A stretch of 62,142 bases of DNA, filler included, from Asterionella formosa (GCA_002256025.1; 18 parts of 18 records of this genome joined end to end with filler, not necessarily neighbours in it), one strand, 5' to 3'. Shown: positions 11,131 through 23,410, counted from the whole stretch's first letter. The notes: generated from the letters alone by a model not told the origin. Numbers and translations are program-made.

Positions 11131-13254
11131 AGTGCTTGTTTTTGATCATCACAACGGCCATTGCAATGGCCATCACTTACCTTCTCTTATCTTTGTTCCT
11201 TAATGTGATCTTGTGGATTGCTTGTTCACTGCTGGTTCAAGAATTGGAACTATGAGATGATGGTTCCTTGAGGGCACTCATTCCAATTTAGTTTTGAGCG
11301 ATTTTAACATTGGTTGTCAAGGCAAGGCAAAGCAAAGCAAACATTTTGAAATTACAAAGCAAAATGCACAGGACATTTGGTCTGAGAAGGAGGAATGAAC
11401 CATGAAAAGTTTGATGAACCTCAAAACTGCCAAGGAAGATAGTTAATGCTATAATATAATTAATAACATACATTAGTAAGTGGAAAGGATTAATAATTTC
11501 AATTATATCGCAGCATTATGAATCATATGTGGTTGAGAACAAGTATGTTCATTGCTTTGGTCCATCTTTCTTTGTCTACTTCGCAACAATTATATTAAAG
11601 TATGTATGGCCGATGGTGGAGACCAAAATGCAATGCATTCAAGATTTAGTTGCCTTTCTCTTTTCCTTCCTCCAAAGATGTTTACAAACAGAAATTATAG
11701 TGGTACATCAAATATGTTGAGCCCACTCAATTTCAGAAATGAATTTGCGTGGGTACATGTTCCTGTTTCAACAAACAATAAAGGAGGACCCACATTCCCC
11801 ATAACATCAATCTTGTATCCTTGATTGATGCAAGGCATTCTCTTGTCACCACGAAAATCAATCCTCTCAATTCCAAGACTCTCCTATCAATTGCATCATT
11901 TTAAATTACTTCGAAATGGATCAAATCCTTCTTGTACTTGTCGTTGAAACCTGTAGATATCTTTCTCCTTTCCTTGTTTTTTGGTTGAAACTTGTAGACA
12001 GAATTCACCACAGCAAGCTTTTGGCAATTCTGACAAATCGCCTCTTCATGTTCAGACATGGGCATTGGATTTATGCTGACGGGCAAGGATTACCTTCAGT
12101 GCCTTGCTTGTTAGTATTGTTACCATTTGTCATGTTTCTTTCTATTCGTTCTCCCTTCGTCACTGAAAATCAATTGCAAGTTTCCAACAAGCTCATGGAA
12201 CATGGAACGAATGGTACTACCTGTCACCAAGAACATCTGAGACTCAATGAGGATGGCATTGCTGGTCGATCATAGTTATAGCAAGGAGTTGATGGTGAAG
12301 ATCAAACAATGACAAACAGAGGTATCATCATGGTGAGTGTAGCAATCAAGTGTGAGGCTGTGGCTCCTCAGTGTATGTGGCATGTATTTGTCAAGAGATT
12401 CATGATGGTTTATTATTAACAAGTGGTATGTTCATTCATATATTTAATGAAGAGGAAATGAACGACATCAACTTGGACGACTCTACTTTTATGTATTCAA
12501 AACAAATATTGGGCTGTGCTAAAATTTACAAATGTAGAACCAGCTACCGGTACTGGTACAATGGGCCGTTGTGTACCTGATGTACTTTAAGGGGGCCACC
12601 AAGCCATAATTTGGATCGAAGTGCTTTATCCTACCGGTAGGTACATGGTATGGTATAGTACCAGGTACAACAGGGGCCCTATCGTGCATAGGTCGGTGAT
12701 TTTATACTGCAGTTAACTGCGAGCCATTTTTTGGCTTCCAGCAGTATACCAGTTATACTTCTACTAACGTGAGGCAGTATGGTATTGGGGAGTCCCACCA
12801 GTTATTATTACAGTTACTTTATTCCAATCCAACAGTATACTGGTATACTGATACTGGTAAATATTACGTACAGTATACTGATCAAGAACAATGCGAGCAA
12901 TGCGCCCGTACGCGAAAATTGGGCCCTCCTAGGTTTACTTGATGATTATAAATTATCAAGATAGGGCTATGCTTAGCATGGTTAATCATACAAGACATAA
13001 TGTAATCAGGTAATAGAAATGTTGTCCTTTCGAAGATATTGATACTATCTTATATCATAATACCTTCTGGTGACCTGAAATTGGTGGTTGTCATATAGGT
13101 AACAAGAAAAAAATTGCTATTGATGCTATCATAATATATTCAAAAGTAGTTCCCCCAGTGAGTTAATCTGTAAATTATCTTGAAAAAGTCTCATCTTCAT
13201 AATGCTATCAAAGAATCCGGAGTACAAGCATACCGTTACCAAAGAAGCGGTGGT

Positions 13255-13785
13255 GGGAACCTATCCTTTCAATTTTGTGTGTTTATGCTGCAACATTACA
13301 TGATGACCATTCTATGGTGTTAGTAATTGTTCAATTATGAGATACGGATACGATGTCATTCTATACTACTAGCCAGTCAATTGAGATGTGCAGCATCATG
13401 GAAGGGTCTCATAGTTGTGAAGTTATGGAATAACTTGTAATAGGAACCATTCATTTCAACATTGTGTGTTTATGCCGCTGCAACATGACATGATGACCAT
13501 TCTATGGCGTAAGTCATTTTTCCAATAATAAGATATGGATACAATCTCATTCTATACAGCCTCCCAGTCAATTGAGATGTCCAACATCATGGAAAAGGTC
13601 GCATAGTTGTAAGGTTAGGGAATATCCAGCAGTGGAAACCTATCATTTGAATTTTGTGTATTATTGCTGCAACTTGACATTATGACCATTCTATGATGTT
13701 GGTGACTGTTCCAATATCAAGATAAGGATACAATCTCGTTCTATACAGCCTCCCAGTCAATTGAGATGTCCAACATCATGGAAAG
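13255..13785. repeat. Tandem repeat, about 190-nt unit, at least 2.8 copies, runs off the contig
   Basis: GCTGCAAC..ATGACCATTCTATG...GGATAC...CCAGTCAATTGAGATGT.CA.CATCATGGAA recurs in units starting near 13268, 13455 and 13647. Confidence 0.85.
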
Positions 13786-13885
13786 NNNNNNNNNNNNNNN
13801 NNNNNNNNNNNNNNNNNNNNNNNNNNNNNTTAATTAATTAANNNNNNNNNNNNNNNNNNNNNNNNNNNNNNNNNNNNNNNNNNNN

Positions 13886-14380
13886 TATATGCATGCAATT
13901 CATGCACCTTCTGAGTTACATTCTTTGAAAGCAGGTCACTAGGATTTTCACATGTTTGTACATAGACCACAGCAACATAGTATCCATCTTCAGTCTTCTC
14001 ATGTATAAAATTATGATATCTGACATCAATATGCTTTGTCCTTGATCCAACTTGTTGGTTTTTGCTTAGGAAAATCGCTCCAGTGTTATCCTCAGCAATT
14101 ATTGCTGGCAGTTCCACATAGTAGACATCATCCAATAGATTTGTAACAAATGTAGAATCCTTGACACCGTCGCTTACGCTGAGATACTCAGCTTCTGTGC
14201 TTGATGTAGTTACAATGTTCTGTCCTTTGGATGACCAAGTCACCAAGGAGCGTGCTCCAATAGTTCCGAGATATGCACTTGAACTTTTGCGAGTATCAGG
14301 GTAAATTGCAATTGCACTGTCAACAACATCCATAGGGCGCATTTCTTTTGGGGTTTGCATCTTCAAATTGGATTGGGGGG
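13886..14380 (-). mobile_element. Copia RNase H fragment (same family as 3473-4455)
   Basis: DTRKSSS, WSSKGQNIVTTSSTEAEY, EDNTGAIFLSKNQQVGSRTKHIDVRYH; highly similar DNA to 4206-4395. Confidence 0.9.
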
Positions 14381-14402
14381 AAGGTGGAAGTGAAAGCACC
14401 AA

Positions 14403-14669
14403 TCATTGCGATGATAGAATGTAGAACATTCTGTAGCCACTAAAGATATAGAAACATAGAACCATTCTTGTATAAAGTTCTAAATTTTTCATATCGTGAT
14501 ATTTTCCATTGCTAACATTTTTTCCTGCTTTCGAAGGACACCATGTCTCAGAACAAAAGTCATGGCTGCCAAACAAGTGGTTGATTGGTGCCTTTGATGA
14601 TTCCATAAAATCAATCACCAATGATAGGTACCGGTTTTTAATCCATGCTCCATAACATCTTCTTTTCAA
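14403..14669 (-). pseudogene. Possible Mutator-like transposase remnant
   Basis: KAPINHLFGSHDFCSETWC resembles the H..G.H..C...WC motif of Mutator-like transposase domains. Short and interrupted by the Copia fragment. Confidence 0.35.
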
Positions 14670-15594
14670 GCGGAGACAATCTGACTTTGTTGGACGCTTG
14701 AGGGAGACCGGGCCATTGGATTTTTAAAAGGCAGGGCGGAGAAGTATGTGGACCTGCAAGGCATGTAACAAGAGCATTGAAGGGAGGCGGGGGAGGCATG
14801 CATCCTCACGAGCATTGAAGGGTGGCGGGAGACATGCATCAAGAGCATTGAGACAATTGAAAAAGGGAACATTGCATCTACAACGCTGATTACTGGTACA
14901 GTCTTGGCAAAAAAAACGCTAGTCAAATATGATCACCCAAACTAATAATTTGGGTGGCCCAATATGACGAATTTAGCTACGTACATAATTTAAGGGTATG
15001 ATACCACATAAAAAATATGATGCATCATACAATATATATGAACGGAGTGAACTAAAATAGTTTCGACAACTTCCATAATTATTTTAGAAACCCACATAAT
15101 TTTTGGGGCCAACTGACAATATTTTCTGGCAACACAAAGAAAAATTGTTCAGTAATAATATCTATAATACGGTACTTTTCTCTACAATTCGCAACATTTC
15201 CGTTCATAAATATTCTTCTCTCTGACTACCATTAATTCTGTTAGTTTATACCCATTTTATCTTTACTTTGATCACATTAATACCTCAAGGTTAAACAAAT
15301 ATATATGCTACTAGTCAAACAAATAATTATGTGTAACCAATCAACGTTTAAATTAAATGCTAGCTACAATCGCAAAATCAATCAAATTAATCGCTTCGCT
15401 ATATATTTTATATTGATACCTTCTATAGAAAATGATTCTCAAACCAATACGACAAGCAATGGATGTTCATTTTTGCAGCTGGATGCTGTAACGATTCGCA
15501 AGATTGCTTGGCTACTCATACTTTCAGGAGTCCCTGTTGCTTCTATCGGTAGATCATTTCATTGCAAATGATCCGGCTACTCACTCTCATTGCT

Positions 15595-16345
15595 CAGATT
15601 GATTGTCTGTTGTAGAAAGAGGGCAACATTTGCAGAGTGAGCGAGTTGATGAGAAACAAAAGTTCCGAAGCCATGATTTCGGTTCTGCTGTGCTCCTTAC
15701 CATGTTCCCCAATGTCCAACCCAGCCCTAATCAAATTGATTGTCTGCAATCAGTAAACAACGGTTGCAGACTGAGTTCATGGACAAACAATTGTTACAAA
15801 GGCATTGTTCTCGTTGTGCTTACCATGCCGCCTGATTCCAAACAAATCCCTTGCTCAACAGATTGATTGTTTGTACACATAGAACAGCATTTGCAGAGTA
15901 AGTTCGTGATCAACAATTAACAAGCACACAATCAAGCCTTTCTTCTAAAGATAGCAAGAAAACATTGCACTTGCTTACCATGTATATATTTTTCCCCTAT
16001 GCACCAGAGGAATCCTTTCAACAATGCAAATAAAAAATGATTGATAGCCTGCCTGACACAGGCAGAGGACGACGCATTTCATTATTCCCAAGGTTCCAGC
16101 CTGCCCTGCCAAAAACAGATTGATTGTCTGTAGAAAAAGAACAAGGTTCGCAGAGTAAGTTCGTGACTGACCACTTTTCCAATTCCAAACGGCACAAGTA
16201 GGAGGAAGAACGAAATGGAGCTAGAGGAACTACAACAGCAATAAAACATAGTTCTGAACACAAGACGAAGAAAAAGAGCGACGAAGCAGAGCAACAACAA
16301 AAAGAACAACAACAATGTTACAAAAGACCTGTTTCTATTTCCCAA
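15595..16345. repeat. Degenerate modular repeat (4 units)
   Basis: CAR ATTGATTGT starts at 15595, 15732, 15859 and 16116. Each is followed by GCAGA(G/C)T(A/G)AG and later CTTACCAT. Confidence 0.65.
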
Positions 16346-16439
16346 AATATTAACTGCTTACCATATATTTCTCAAACTTTCAGATGCATCCTTTCTGTGA
16401 TGACAAGGAGAAACAAAAAATGCCTGCCTGTTTCTTCCA

Positions 16440-17254
16440 CATCTAAGACGCCGTTTACGGCACTTTTTCGAATTTATGTCTAAAGTGACTTATTTATGCT
16501 ACCTTTTCTAAAATATTATGCTACTTTTTCCGGAATTTATTTGGGTCAAACCAGAATTTATGTGATCTAAAACAAAATTTATTTCACTTATCGCATAATT
16601 ATGTGATCAAACCAATAATTATGTGTGTTTGCAAAAATATTCACTGACCAACTAGCCGTTGCTACAGTATGATGGGAAAATTATGCTACTTCGCAGCAAT
16701 ATTACGCTGGTTTCACCAAATAAATAAATTAAGAGTCCCCAATATAGATTCAATTATTATTTTTTCTGCTTTCAAATTTTATTTGGTATCAACTGCCAAA
16801 GAATAATACATTGCTTTGTCGGCACTGATACCTGCATTAACGACTACACATATTGCCGGTACAATCAATAAATCAATTCTCACTTGATAAAGATCGATTT
16901 TCACATCTTTAGCTTCAACTCATCATGCTATTGTTTTAGCCGTTGTATTATTCATTTTTCAGCTACTGTGAAAGAGTCGAATTCCTTAGAAAGATTGTCA
17001 TCTTCAATTGTGCATTTCTAAATTAGCTACATAAAAATGGCGCCATCGGCGACTTTAATTTTCATCGTCAATTTTAGTGTTATTACAGTTATTCTTTTAC
17101 GATTGTATTGTCTATGTTTTGCTTGAAATATGTATCGAATAGGAAAGCGTCGCTCTCAGTTTTCGTAGAGATTTCCGCTATTTTCGTCATGGTCAAGGCT
17201 TAAACGACATGCTGCAGGATGCTCCAGCCGATCATGACGACTACACTGCAGTGT
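16440..17254 (+). mobile_element. Non-coding AT-rich element with CATCTAAG terminus
   Basis: Starts CATCTAAGACGCCGTTTACGGCAC. The first 200 nt match the reverse complements at 38089-38311 and 55351-55586. The distal part (ATTTTCGTCATGGTCAAGG core) matches about 24360-24560 and 45980-46170. Confidence 0.75.
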
Positions 17255-17574
17255 NNNNNNNNNNNNNNNNNNNNNNNNNNNNNNNNNNNNNNNNNNNNTT
17301 AATTAATTAANNNNNNNNNNNNNNNNNNNNNNNNNNNNNNNNNNNNNNNNNNNNAGAGCAAGGTTGGTGATACATTTGTTCATGATCAACATGAATGAAA
17401 GAAATATTGCCTTTTGCAGTAGACTTTAGTAGTCAAGAGTTCGTTTCGACTAATATATATATCGTCGATGATCAACACTACCAGCCCGAAGCCGACGAGC
17501 AGCACATTTGCTTTGCACAAACGAAAGAACATACGTTATCACTCAAATTAGTCCCGCTGATACTTAGCTAGTAA

Positions 17575-20532
17575 TTATGGTCCCGCCCCGTTGGATGCCA
17601 TTTGCCTTTTCTTTTGACGTGCACGGAATTGACTTCCATAGCCACCCCCACCAAACAAGTCTTCTTCGTCTGACGACTCGCCACCATTGTCTTGACGTTT
17701 GTTGGCGTTCCCATTCTTACCGGACGGTCGTTCTGCAGGAAGGGCGTCGTTTCGCAAAGATGTCAAAGCCATTTCAACCATGTGCGGTGGGGGCTTGCTC
17801 AAGATGGCAGCACGATGACGAGATGCAGGCAGGAGATTCAGGAGAGGGTGAAGCCATTCTGGCGCTTGTTGGATAGCGAGTTGGACAGCGCTAGACTGAG
17901 CAGGTTGATTGATTGTTCCGGAGCCTTGTTGGAGACGTTCTCTCGCGGACAGGTGCTTGGATCCACCTTCTCCATCCAAAGCAGCTTCAATCGATAGGCC
18001 GGACGCCGAGCGTCGTTGAAAGTTCAGTCGACGTTGATAGCAAGCATCACTCTGACCACCGGCATCCCAGTCATAGTCTCGACTAGTTAGCCTCGCTTGT
18101 CGTGCGCTACTTCCGTCCCCGTCTCCCCACAATCCCGTGACTTCCAAGACATTGATAAGACGAGTCATACCATTTACAATATTAGAGCTGACATCATAGC
18201 CCTCCACTCGCACGAGTTGTTCCGCAATCGTCGACTTGGTGGATCCTACAGCAACGCCCTGATCACCCATCCCCACGAGCCCACCAGTGGCTACATCTTC
18301 AACTTCTGCGCCCATAAGCGATGCATTGCGTTTCTGCTCCATCCTCCTCATCGAAACGAGGTTGGCAGGATCTGTTCCAGCTAAGAGAGACTCAAACCTC
18401 AAAGTCATATCCAAAAAGGCAGCAGCCGCAGCTGCATTGCCTTCGCTTGCTTCGCAAGCAGCTACCGCTCTTGTCAGCAATGCACGGAGGTTCTCCATAT
18501 CTCTTAATTCCATCAACAATTGAGCATATCGTAGCACATAAGGCGCTTTGGTCAAGAACGAGATATGCTTCCTGAGACCCAGCTCATAGACACGAGCCGC
18601 AATGGCTGGGAAATTATTCAATCGATGTTCCATTGTAGCATGGGAGGCATAAAGTTGCCAAGTAATAGGTCCAGGGATTAATTTGACTCCTGATTCATCG
18701 ATAGGAAAATCATCTCCACTCGAGTTATTTCCAGTAGTAGCCTGTACTGACTTGCCTGCCTTGCCAACTTCGGGATTTAATCGATTTGTCACCATATGAC
18801 GATTTCCACTGTCAGCAACTACTGCTTTTACTGTCACATCCTCACCAGCTTCGCTCTGTGTCACTTCTTGTTTCGTTTCCACAGTCGGGACTCCCTCAGC
18901 ATAATGGGCAGCCGCACCTTCCTTTAACACCCGGCGTGCATGAGAAAATACTGATCTAGCCTCCTGCATGCCCTTATACCGTCGGACGATTTGTTGATAA
19001 AGAACAAATCCAAGAGTATTAGGACTCCGTTCAAGAAAATTCTCCATCACCCCAATACAATCTGCAGGAGAGTCTGTATGACTTTCAATTAGTTGTACTT
19101 CCGCATATGCTAGGAGAGTACAGTCTGGGATGTGTTGCTGTCCCAGTTCAAGAACTGACACGGCATAGTCTAACTTGTTGTCTGACCCACTTTGCAGGAT
19201 TTCCCACGAACTCCACATGTGCCAGGCTTCCGGATGCCTTGTTAGGACACAAATCATTTCTTTGTAAGCTTGACGCACCCGTATTGTCAAGGCAGCGGAC
19301 TCAAGTCTTTCCGGATTCGTCCTTTCGTACGAACATCGTTTTTTCCACAAAGTCAATAATTGATTTTCTTCATCCATCTTGGCAGCATAGTCCTCGTCAG
19401 AAATATCCACAGGTGGAATTGCCAGTCGACCAATTTGCAAGTCTAAAACGTTGTAAACTCTATTTCTCTCCAAGTAAGTACTTCGAGCATGCTGGTATTT
19501 TGGTGTGTACTCTTGTAGAAGGGCCTGTGCCAAAGCTTCTGACTGCCCTCTCTCGAATGCTTCATATTCTTGGTATAACTGGTCCAAGCCAGTCATTGGA
19601 TGAGTCACCAGTCGCTGATAGATGGATCTCAGATTAATCATTTGTTGCTGAGCAAGGGCATGATCCACATTCATCGCTGGATTTAGGATCCAGGACTTGA
19701 CCCATTCCAGGTACTGTTTCCATAGCAGATGGTTTCCATTCACAAAGGATGCATGGTCGATAGCCACCTCGTACGCCTTTTTGGTCCATTCCCTCACAAA
19801 CTTGGCTTGGTTGTCCACCGGTAATGTTATTGCGTGTCTCAACGTATCCCGCACGCGTTTGCGTACAAAGAGCAACCAAAGTTCCACCGAAGACGTGCAC
19901 AAGCCTCCTATAGTGGAATCCAAAACTGGAGTACCGTCCATTTCCACTCCGAGAACGTTACGAAAGATGCGCTCCACCTTGGCCTCACATAGGGTCGCTC
20001 GTTGAGATGTGTCCATGCCGAAATCCATCAGGGGCCCATCCTCTTCGCCGACCCGAGCACTTTGTGCCAAGAGCATTTCAACGACCGTAACATAGTAGGA
20101 AGATGCGTATGGAAAGTAAGTCAAGAGCGCACCGTAGCAGCTTTCGATCCAGTCCAATTTGGCATGTGTGTCGGCATCAACGTTGTGAAGGAGTGGCTGA
20201 ATGTTTCGATAACACGCGCCAGCTTCAGTAATAAGCGCTTGCCATGCTTCAACATCTGAAGTGGGGCTATCTGTGACACGCTGAAGGGCGTTTCGGAAAC
20301 GCGCCGATGTAGCTCCCGTTTGATGGTGCGCGTATGGCGATGGCGTTATGATTTTGGAAATTAAATCGTCGGAGCCCTCGACAAATTGCATGGAAGGAGC
20401 CACAGGCATTATCTCGTCTTCTTCCATGGCATCTTCGCCACCCAGGAGGATGGGCTTGCCACTGGCGGGACCATAGTGGCCGTCTGCATCGTCCATGCTT
20501 TGGAAAAGACCGCTGTCGCTCGCGGAGCTCAT
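17575..20532 (-). CDS. CSTF3: Cleavage stimulation factor 77 kDa subunit (CstF-77/RNA14/Suf), HAT-repeat protein, 985 aa, single exon
   Basis: HAT repeats and Suf-type segments: LRSIYQRLVTHPMTGLDQLYQEYEAFE, LWKKRCSYERTNP, AARVYELGLRKH, C-terminal FRARQKKR. Confidence 0.85.
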   Translation of the reverse strand: MSSASDSGLFQSMDDADGHYGPASGKPILLGGEDAMEEDEIMPVAPSMQFVEGSDDLISKIITPSPYAHHQTGATSARFRNALQRVTDSPTSDVEAWQALITEAGACYRNIQPLLHNVDADTHAKLDWIESCYGALLTYFPYASSYYVTVVEMLLAQSARVGEEDGPLMDFGMDTSQRATLCEAKVERIFRNVLGVEMDGTPVLDSTIGGLCTSSVELWLLFVRKRVRDTLRHAITLPVDNQAKFVREWTKKAYEVAIDHASFVNGNHLLWKQYLEWVKSWILNPAMNVDHALAQQQMINLRSIYQRLVTHPMTGLDQLYQEYEAFERGQSEALAQALLQEYTPKYQHARSTYLERNRVYNVLDLQIGRLAIPPVDISDEDYAAKMDEENQLLTLWKKRCSYERTNPERLESAALTIRVRQAYKEMICVLTRHPEAWHMWSSWEILQSGSDNKLDYAVSVLELGQQHIPDCTLLAYAEVQLIESHTDSPADCIGVMENFLERSPNTLGFVLYQQIVRRYKGMQEARSVFSHARRVLKEGAAAHYAEGVPTVETKQEVTQSEAGEDVTVKAVVADSGNRHMVTNRLNPEVGKAGKSVQATTGNNSSGDDFPIDESGVKLIPGPITWQLYASHATMEHRLNNFPAIAARVYELGLRKHISFLTKAPYVLRYAQLLMELRDMENLRALLTRAVAACEASEGNAAAAAAFLDMTLRFESLLAGTDPANLVSMRRMEQKRNASLMGAEVEDVATGGLVGMGDQGVAVGSTKSTIAEQLVRVEGYDVSSNIVNGMTRLINVLEVTGLWGDGDGSSARQARLTSRDYDWDAGGQSDACYQRRLNFQRRSASGLSIEAALDGEGGSKHLSARERLQQGSGTINQPAQSSAVQLAIQQAPEWLHPLLNLLPASRHRAAILSKPPPHMVEMALTSLRNDALPAERPSGKNGNANKRQDNGGESSDEEDLFGGGGYGSQFRARQKKRQMASNGAGP

Positions 20533-20818
20533 CGTCGCGGTCGATCAAGTTGCAATTCAATAATGTGGCATGGGAGCTACTGGTATCCATGTATCATATA
20601 TACCGTTTTATCGAATTTAGCTCGTCCCTACGGTATTTTGAATGTATCACCACCATGCCGCTACGTGCTATTTGTCCCCTTGTGATTAAATAAATAAATA
20701 AGTGTATCATGTAATAATNNNNNNNNNNNNNNNNNNNNNNNNNNNNNNNNNNNNNNNNNNNNTTAATTAATTAANNNNNNNNNNNNNNNNNNNNNNNNNN
20801 NNNNNNNNNNNNNNNNNN

Positions 20819-22533
20819 TACCAACAAGCTACGATGAAGCAATGGCAAGACCAGACAAGAAAGAGTGGATCAAGGCGATCAACAAAAAATATGAAAACTT
20901 CCAGTCGAGAGGAGTGTGGAAAGTTGTCAAACGTGATACTGTTAAGAAGCGAACACTAAAAACGAGATGGGTGTTTCGAATTAAAGAAGATGTGTTAACC
21001 GGGAAGACCATTTACAAGGCAAGATTGGTCGTGAAGGGATATGAGCAAATCCCAGGTGTCGATTTTACTGAGACATTTGCTCCAGTTGCAAACGATGCGA
21101 CAATCAAAACGGTACTCGCAGTGACGATGTACAACGGTTGGCGAGCGGAGGCTATTGATGTGGAAGCAGCATTTCTAAATGCTGACGTCGATGAGGACAT
21201 TTATATTGAGCCCCCTCAAGGTTTGATCGGAGTCGATTCCGATACACATGTTTGCAAGCTTGTGAAGGCTATGTACGGGATAGTACAAGCTTCACGATGC
21301 TGGTCCACGACGTTTGCGAAATGTGTCACCAATAAACCAGGTATGACGAAGAGCAAGATCAACCCTATGTTATTTATGCACCGGAACAAGGATGGACAAA
21401 TTGATGGTCTACTTGTTAATTACGTGGATGACGGTATTGTATGTGGGACTCCAAGTGCAGTGGAGTATATGAAAAATGTTATCAAGGAAGATTTCAATAT
21501 TACCGAGCAGGGTATTCTACAGAAACACCTAGGAGTGGAATATCCTTGGAAAGAGGACAAGTATGGTGAATACTGGGAGGTGCAGATGCAGAAATTTCGT
21601 ATGCAACTTCTACACGAATACGAGAAGTTGACCGGTATGAAAATTAAGTCGTACGCAACGCCGGGTGTACCAGGAAAGACATTGAACAAGAATGACGGTG
21701 AAGTCATTATGGAAGGAGAATATCGAAAAATTGTGGGCAGGTTACTATGGTCTACAAAGAAGGAATCACCGGACTGTGCGAATGCGGTTCAGGAACTATC
21801 GGCTCATTTAAGCTGCCCAGGTGAAGAACAATGGCATGCAGTGGCAAGAGTCATTGGTTACCTATCCAATATGGTGGATAGAGTTCTCAAGTTGAGTAAG
21901 CCAAAAGAGTTAAGAGTCATTGCCTACGTGGACAGTGACTGGGCTGCTAATAAGGTTAACAGGAAGAGCACGACTGGCTATCTTGTTACTATTGGCGGGG
22001 CACTTATCAGTTGGCAGTCGAAGGGACAACAAACGGTTACGCTGTCCAGCACGGAAGCCGAGTATGTGGCGATGTCCCAGTGTGGACAAGAGATCAAGTT
22101 CATAGCAATGCTACTGGTACTGAATGAGGTTACTGCTGGTGGTAAGGTCATGTTACCAAGTATCCTACGAGAAGACAATACAGGAGCTATTTTTATCGCG
22201 AAGAATCAGCAAATCGGAACCAGGACAAAACATATTGATATTAAGTATCATCATGCAAAAGACATGATTGAGGATGAAGAATTGGAAGTCATTTTTATAA
22301 GGTCGGAAGATAATTTTGCGGACATTATGACCAAGAACGTGAAGGAACAGATTCATACGAGATTGTCCGAACTAGTTCAGAGTGGAACGATGTTACAGCC
22401 TCTTGAGCGTGGCAATGGGGAGGATGTCAAGAATATTAGCCGGAGTCAAAAGGATTGTGGACTCAATTGTAATCGAACGAGTCGAATATTGCATTGCCAC
22501 GTCAATCAGCTGTCTAACGAGATCAAAGATTGA
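20819..22533 (+). mobile_element. Ty1/Copia RT-RNase H, open frame, 5'-truncated
   Basis: YKARLVVKGYEQIPGVDF, IDVEAAFL, YVDD, YVDSDWA, TLSSTEAEY, RTKHIDIKYH, ADIMTK. PPT GGGGAGGA ends at 22424, and the frame runs on into the LTR. Confidence 0.95.
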
Positions 22534-22830
22534 AGATTTCTATGGAAATGTTAAGTGGAAACTCGAAGAGAGTCTTAGAATGACTTTGCAGGAAGCAAAG
22601 ATGCATGGAAAGGAAACATTTAGTTTAGCTTATAATTTAATTTGAGTTTTAGATTATCAACCGAGGAAACAGTGTGTTGATTGACAGGAAGGTCAATTAT
22701 TCTAACTAGCAGGAAGGCTAGAAGCAGAGACAAGAGAGAAAGTGAGTGGTACTAGGTAGTACTACGATCACGTAAGAGTCTACGTGAAGAGAGACCCAGC
22801 CCACGGGAAGGAGTACGGACCATTTCAACA
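22425..22830 (+). mobile_element. Copia 3' LTR (406 bp)
   Basis: TGTCAAGAATAT after the PPT; ends ACGGGAAGGAGTACGGACCATTTCAACA, homologous to the end of the LTR at 2722-3099. Confidence 0.8.
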
Positions 22831-23410
22831 CATCTATGAGTGCGGGCTGATGGAAAACTTAAAAGAAGGCATCCCCAAAGACTATGGGATGGCTCAGGAC
22901 TTCTATGACACAGCAAGACAAGTTTCTATGGATACACCAGAGAACCTGAAACAGAGAGAATGGACTCCAGAAATTCCATTGATTAAGAGACTGCTTCGGA
23001 TTGAGAACATTCATCTGCAAGAGGATGCAGCACAAACTATTGCAGGGTCGCAGTTTAGCTGGACCATTCTAGGTGAAGCTTTCCTCTTTGGTGCCACTGC
23101 ATTGCTTGCAAACACTGTCCAACCTAACCACTACGCATCATTACTGATTGTTATTTCCCTTATGGGCGTGTTTCTGGCTTTGTACTCATTTCTCCATGCT
23201 ATTGATACATGGAGCGAAATGAACCGAAACCGAGGACTTGTTCATGGTATGCTAAATTCAAAGTTTGCGGCATACAGAGCAATCATTGAACACATCAAAA
23301 TCAAGTCGCCACAAGATGGTGAAGAATATCAATTGGCAATGAAAGAGCAATTCAATGCTGTCAAGCAGGAATGTGGAATTAATTTATTATGTCGTGTTTT
23401 CTTCTTTTAA
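22831..23410 (+). CDS. Fragment of an uncharacterised membrane-protein gene abutting the LTR
   Basis: About 190 open codons starting right at the LTR end, with two hydrophobic helices (FSWTILGEAFLFGATALLA; LLIVISLMGVFLALYSFL). Probably a host gene disrupted by the Copia insertion. Confidence 0.45.

Noticed and set aside
13255..16345. CRISPR-like repeat-spacer appearance of tandem or modular repeats
   Set aside because: The context is eukaryotic, units are long and degenerate, spacers are homologous or irregular, and there are no cas genes.
22681..22686. TTGACA as the LTR end (perfect inverse of TGTCAA)
   Set aside because: Homology with the LTR at 2722-3099 continues to TTCAACA at 22830.
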